Shown one piece after another: positions 63,301 through 64,000 of a stretch of 64,000 bases of DNA. The position numbers and the translations under genes were made by a program. Every line of letters starts with the position of its first letter. Positions within the stretch are counted from its first letter, which is position 1. The notes below the pieces were generated by a model. The model made no database searches and was not told the origin of the DNA. It saw only the letters and a program-made list of their open reading frames with translations. The stretch comes from Camelus dromedarius (taxonomy: Eukaryota), in NCBI RefSeq assembly GCF_036321535.1, contig NC_087436.1:20896001-20960000 (forward strand), given 5' to 3'.

Positions 63301-64000
63301 CTCCTCCCCACTGAGGAATAGTGGCTGGAAAAGAAAGAATTCTATCTATTTGCTAGAGGGTTAAAATTATTTTGATAAAGTTCGAAACTCTTTTTAATGA
63401 GCTCTCTCTACCTAAGCATTTTCTCCTTTCGATAGCAAAAAAGTTACATAGATTTTGCTTATCCCTTGAAAATACTGTTTTTCCCCTTCTCTGACCTTGT
63501 TTGAAATTAAAAGCATTAAAGTGCCAGTTTCAAGAGATGTTAGATCCTACTGCTGGGTCTTTGCCATCTTTTTTACAACTTGCTATAATTTTCTGTCCCT
63601 TTAAGCCCTTAACCTACAGGCCTTCTGCACCAAAGGCAAGGCCTACAAGTGATAAGGACTCTCTGAGGAGCGCCTCCTGTGCCAAAGGACTGCTTATCTT
63701 GGTCTCTGTCGAACACAAGATGGGATCCTCTTATAAAGAGTTCTGGGCATGTCTCCCCCACCCCCCACATCATCCTTCATGCTATTGACAGTGATCTTCC
63801 CAAAATGAAAATCTGGTTCAAACCCTTCATTGTCCTTCTGCCACCTTAAAGTCCAAAGTCCACACCATGGCCCCAACACACATCATTTCACTGCTTCCTC
63901 TGCTTCTCACATCACATGCTGCAACCACGTAGACAGTTGCAATTCCAACTTGTGATGATGTCTCAAGTTCCAGGACATCCCTGACCCTGCTGACTCTGTA

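Noticed and set aside
1..64000. CRISPR arrays, rRNA or prokaryotic operons
   Set aside because: The sequence is mammalian; no repeat-spacer arrays or rRNA motifs were seen.

Overview
Mammalian genomic DNA, probably camelid (a tRNA-derived Vic-1-like SINE with target-site duplications, plus artiodactyl-type L1 3' ends). It is AT-rich and dense in L1, L2, MIR, MaLR/ERVL LTRs and hAT MITEs. No intact protein-coding gene is visible, and the longest listed ORF (28600-29310) is the C-terminus of L1 ORF2. Hand reading of the minus strand shows a large, decayed multi-exon gene from about 41.5 kb down to 1.74 kb. It has over 20 candidate exons, mostly with AG/GT boundaries and largely matching intron phases, with scattered stops and frameshifts; the transposons I recognised fall in its inferred introns. 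Several exons translate to chromodomain or chromo-shadow-like motifs, one exon is duplicated, and one carries a PxVxL motif. This suggests a lost (unitary-pseudogene) multi-chromo-domain protein that I cannot name. A candidate plus-strand promoter/first exon (about 47.8-48.8 kb, strong donor) points the other way, with a near-consensus CTCF site at 45.5 kb between them. All translations and alignments were done by eye and need computational confirmation.
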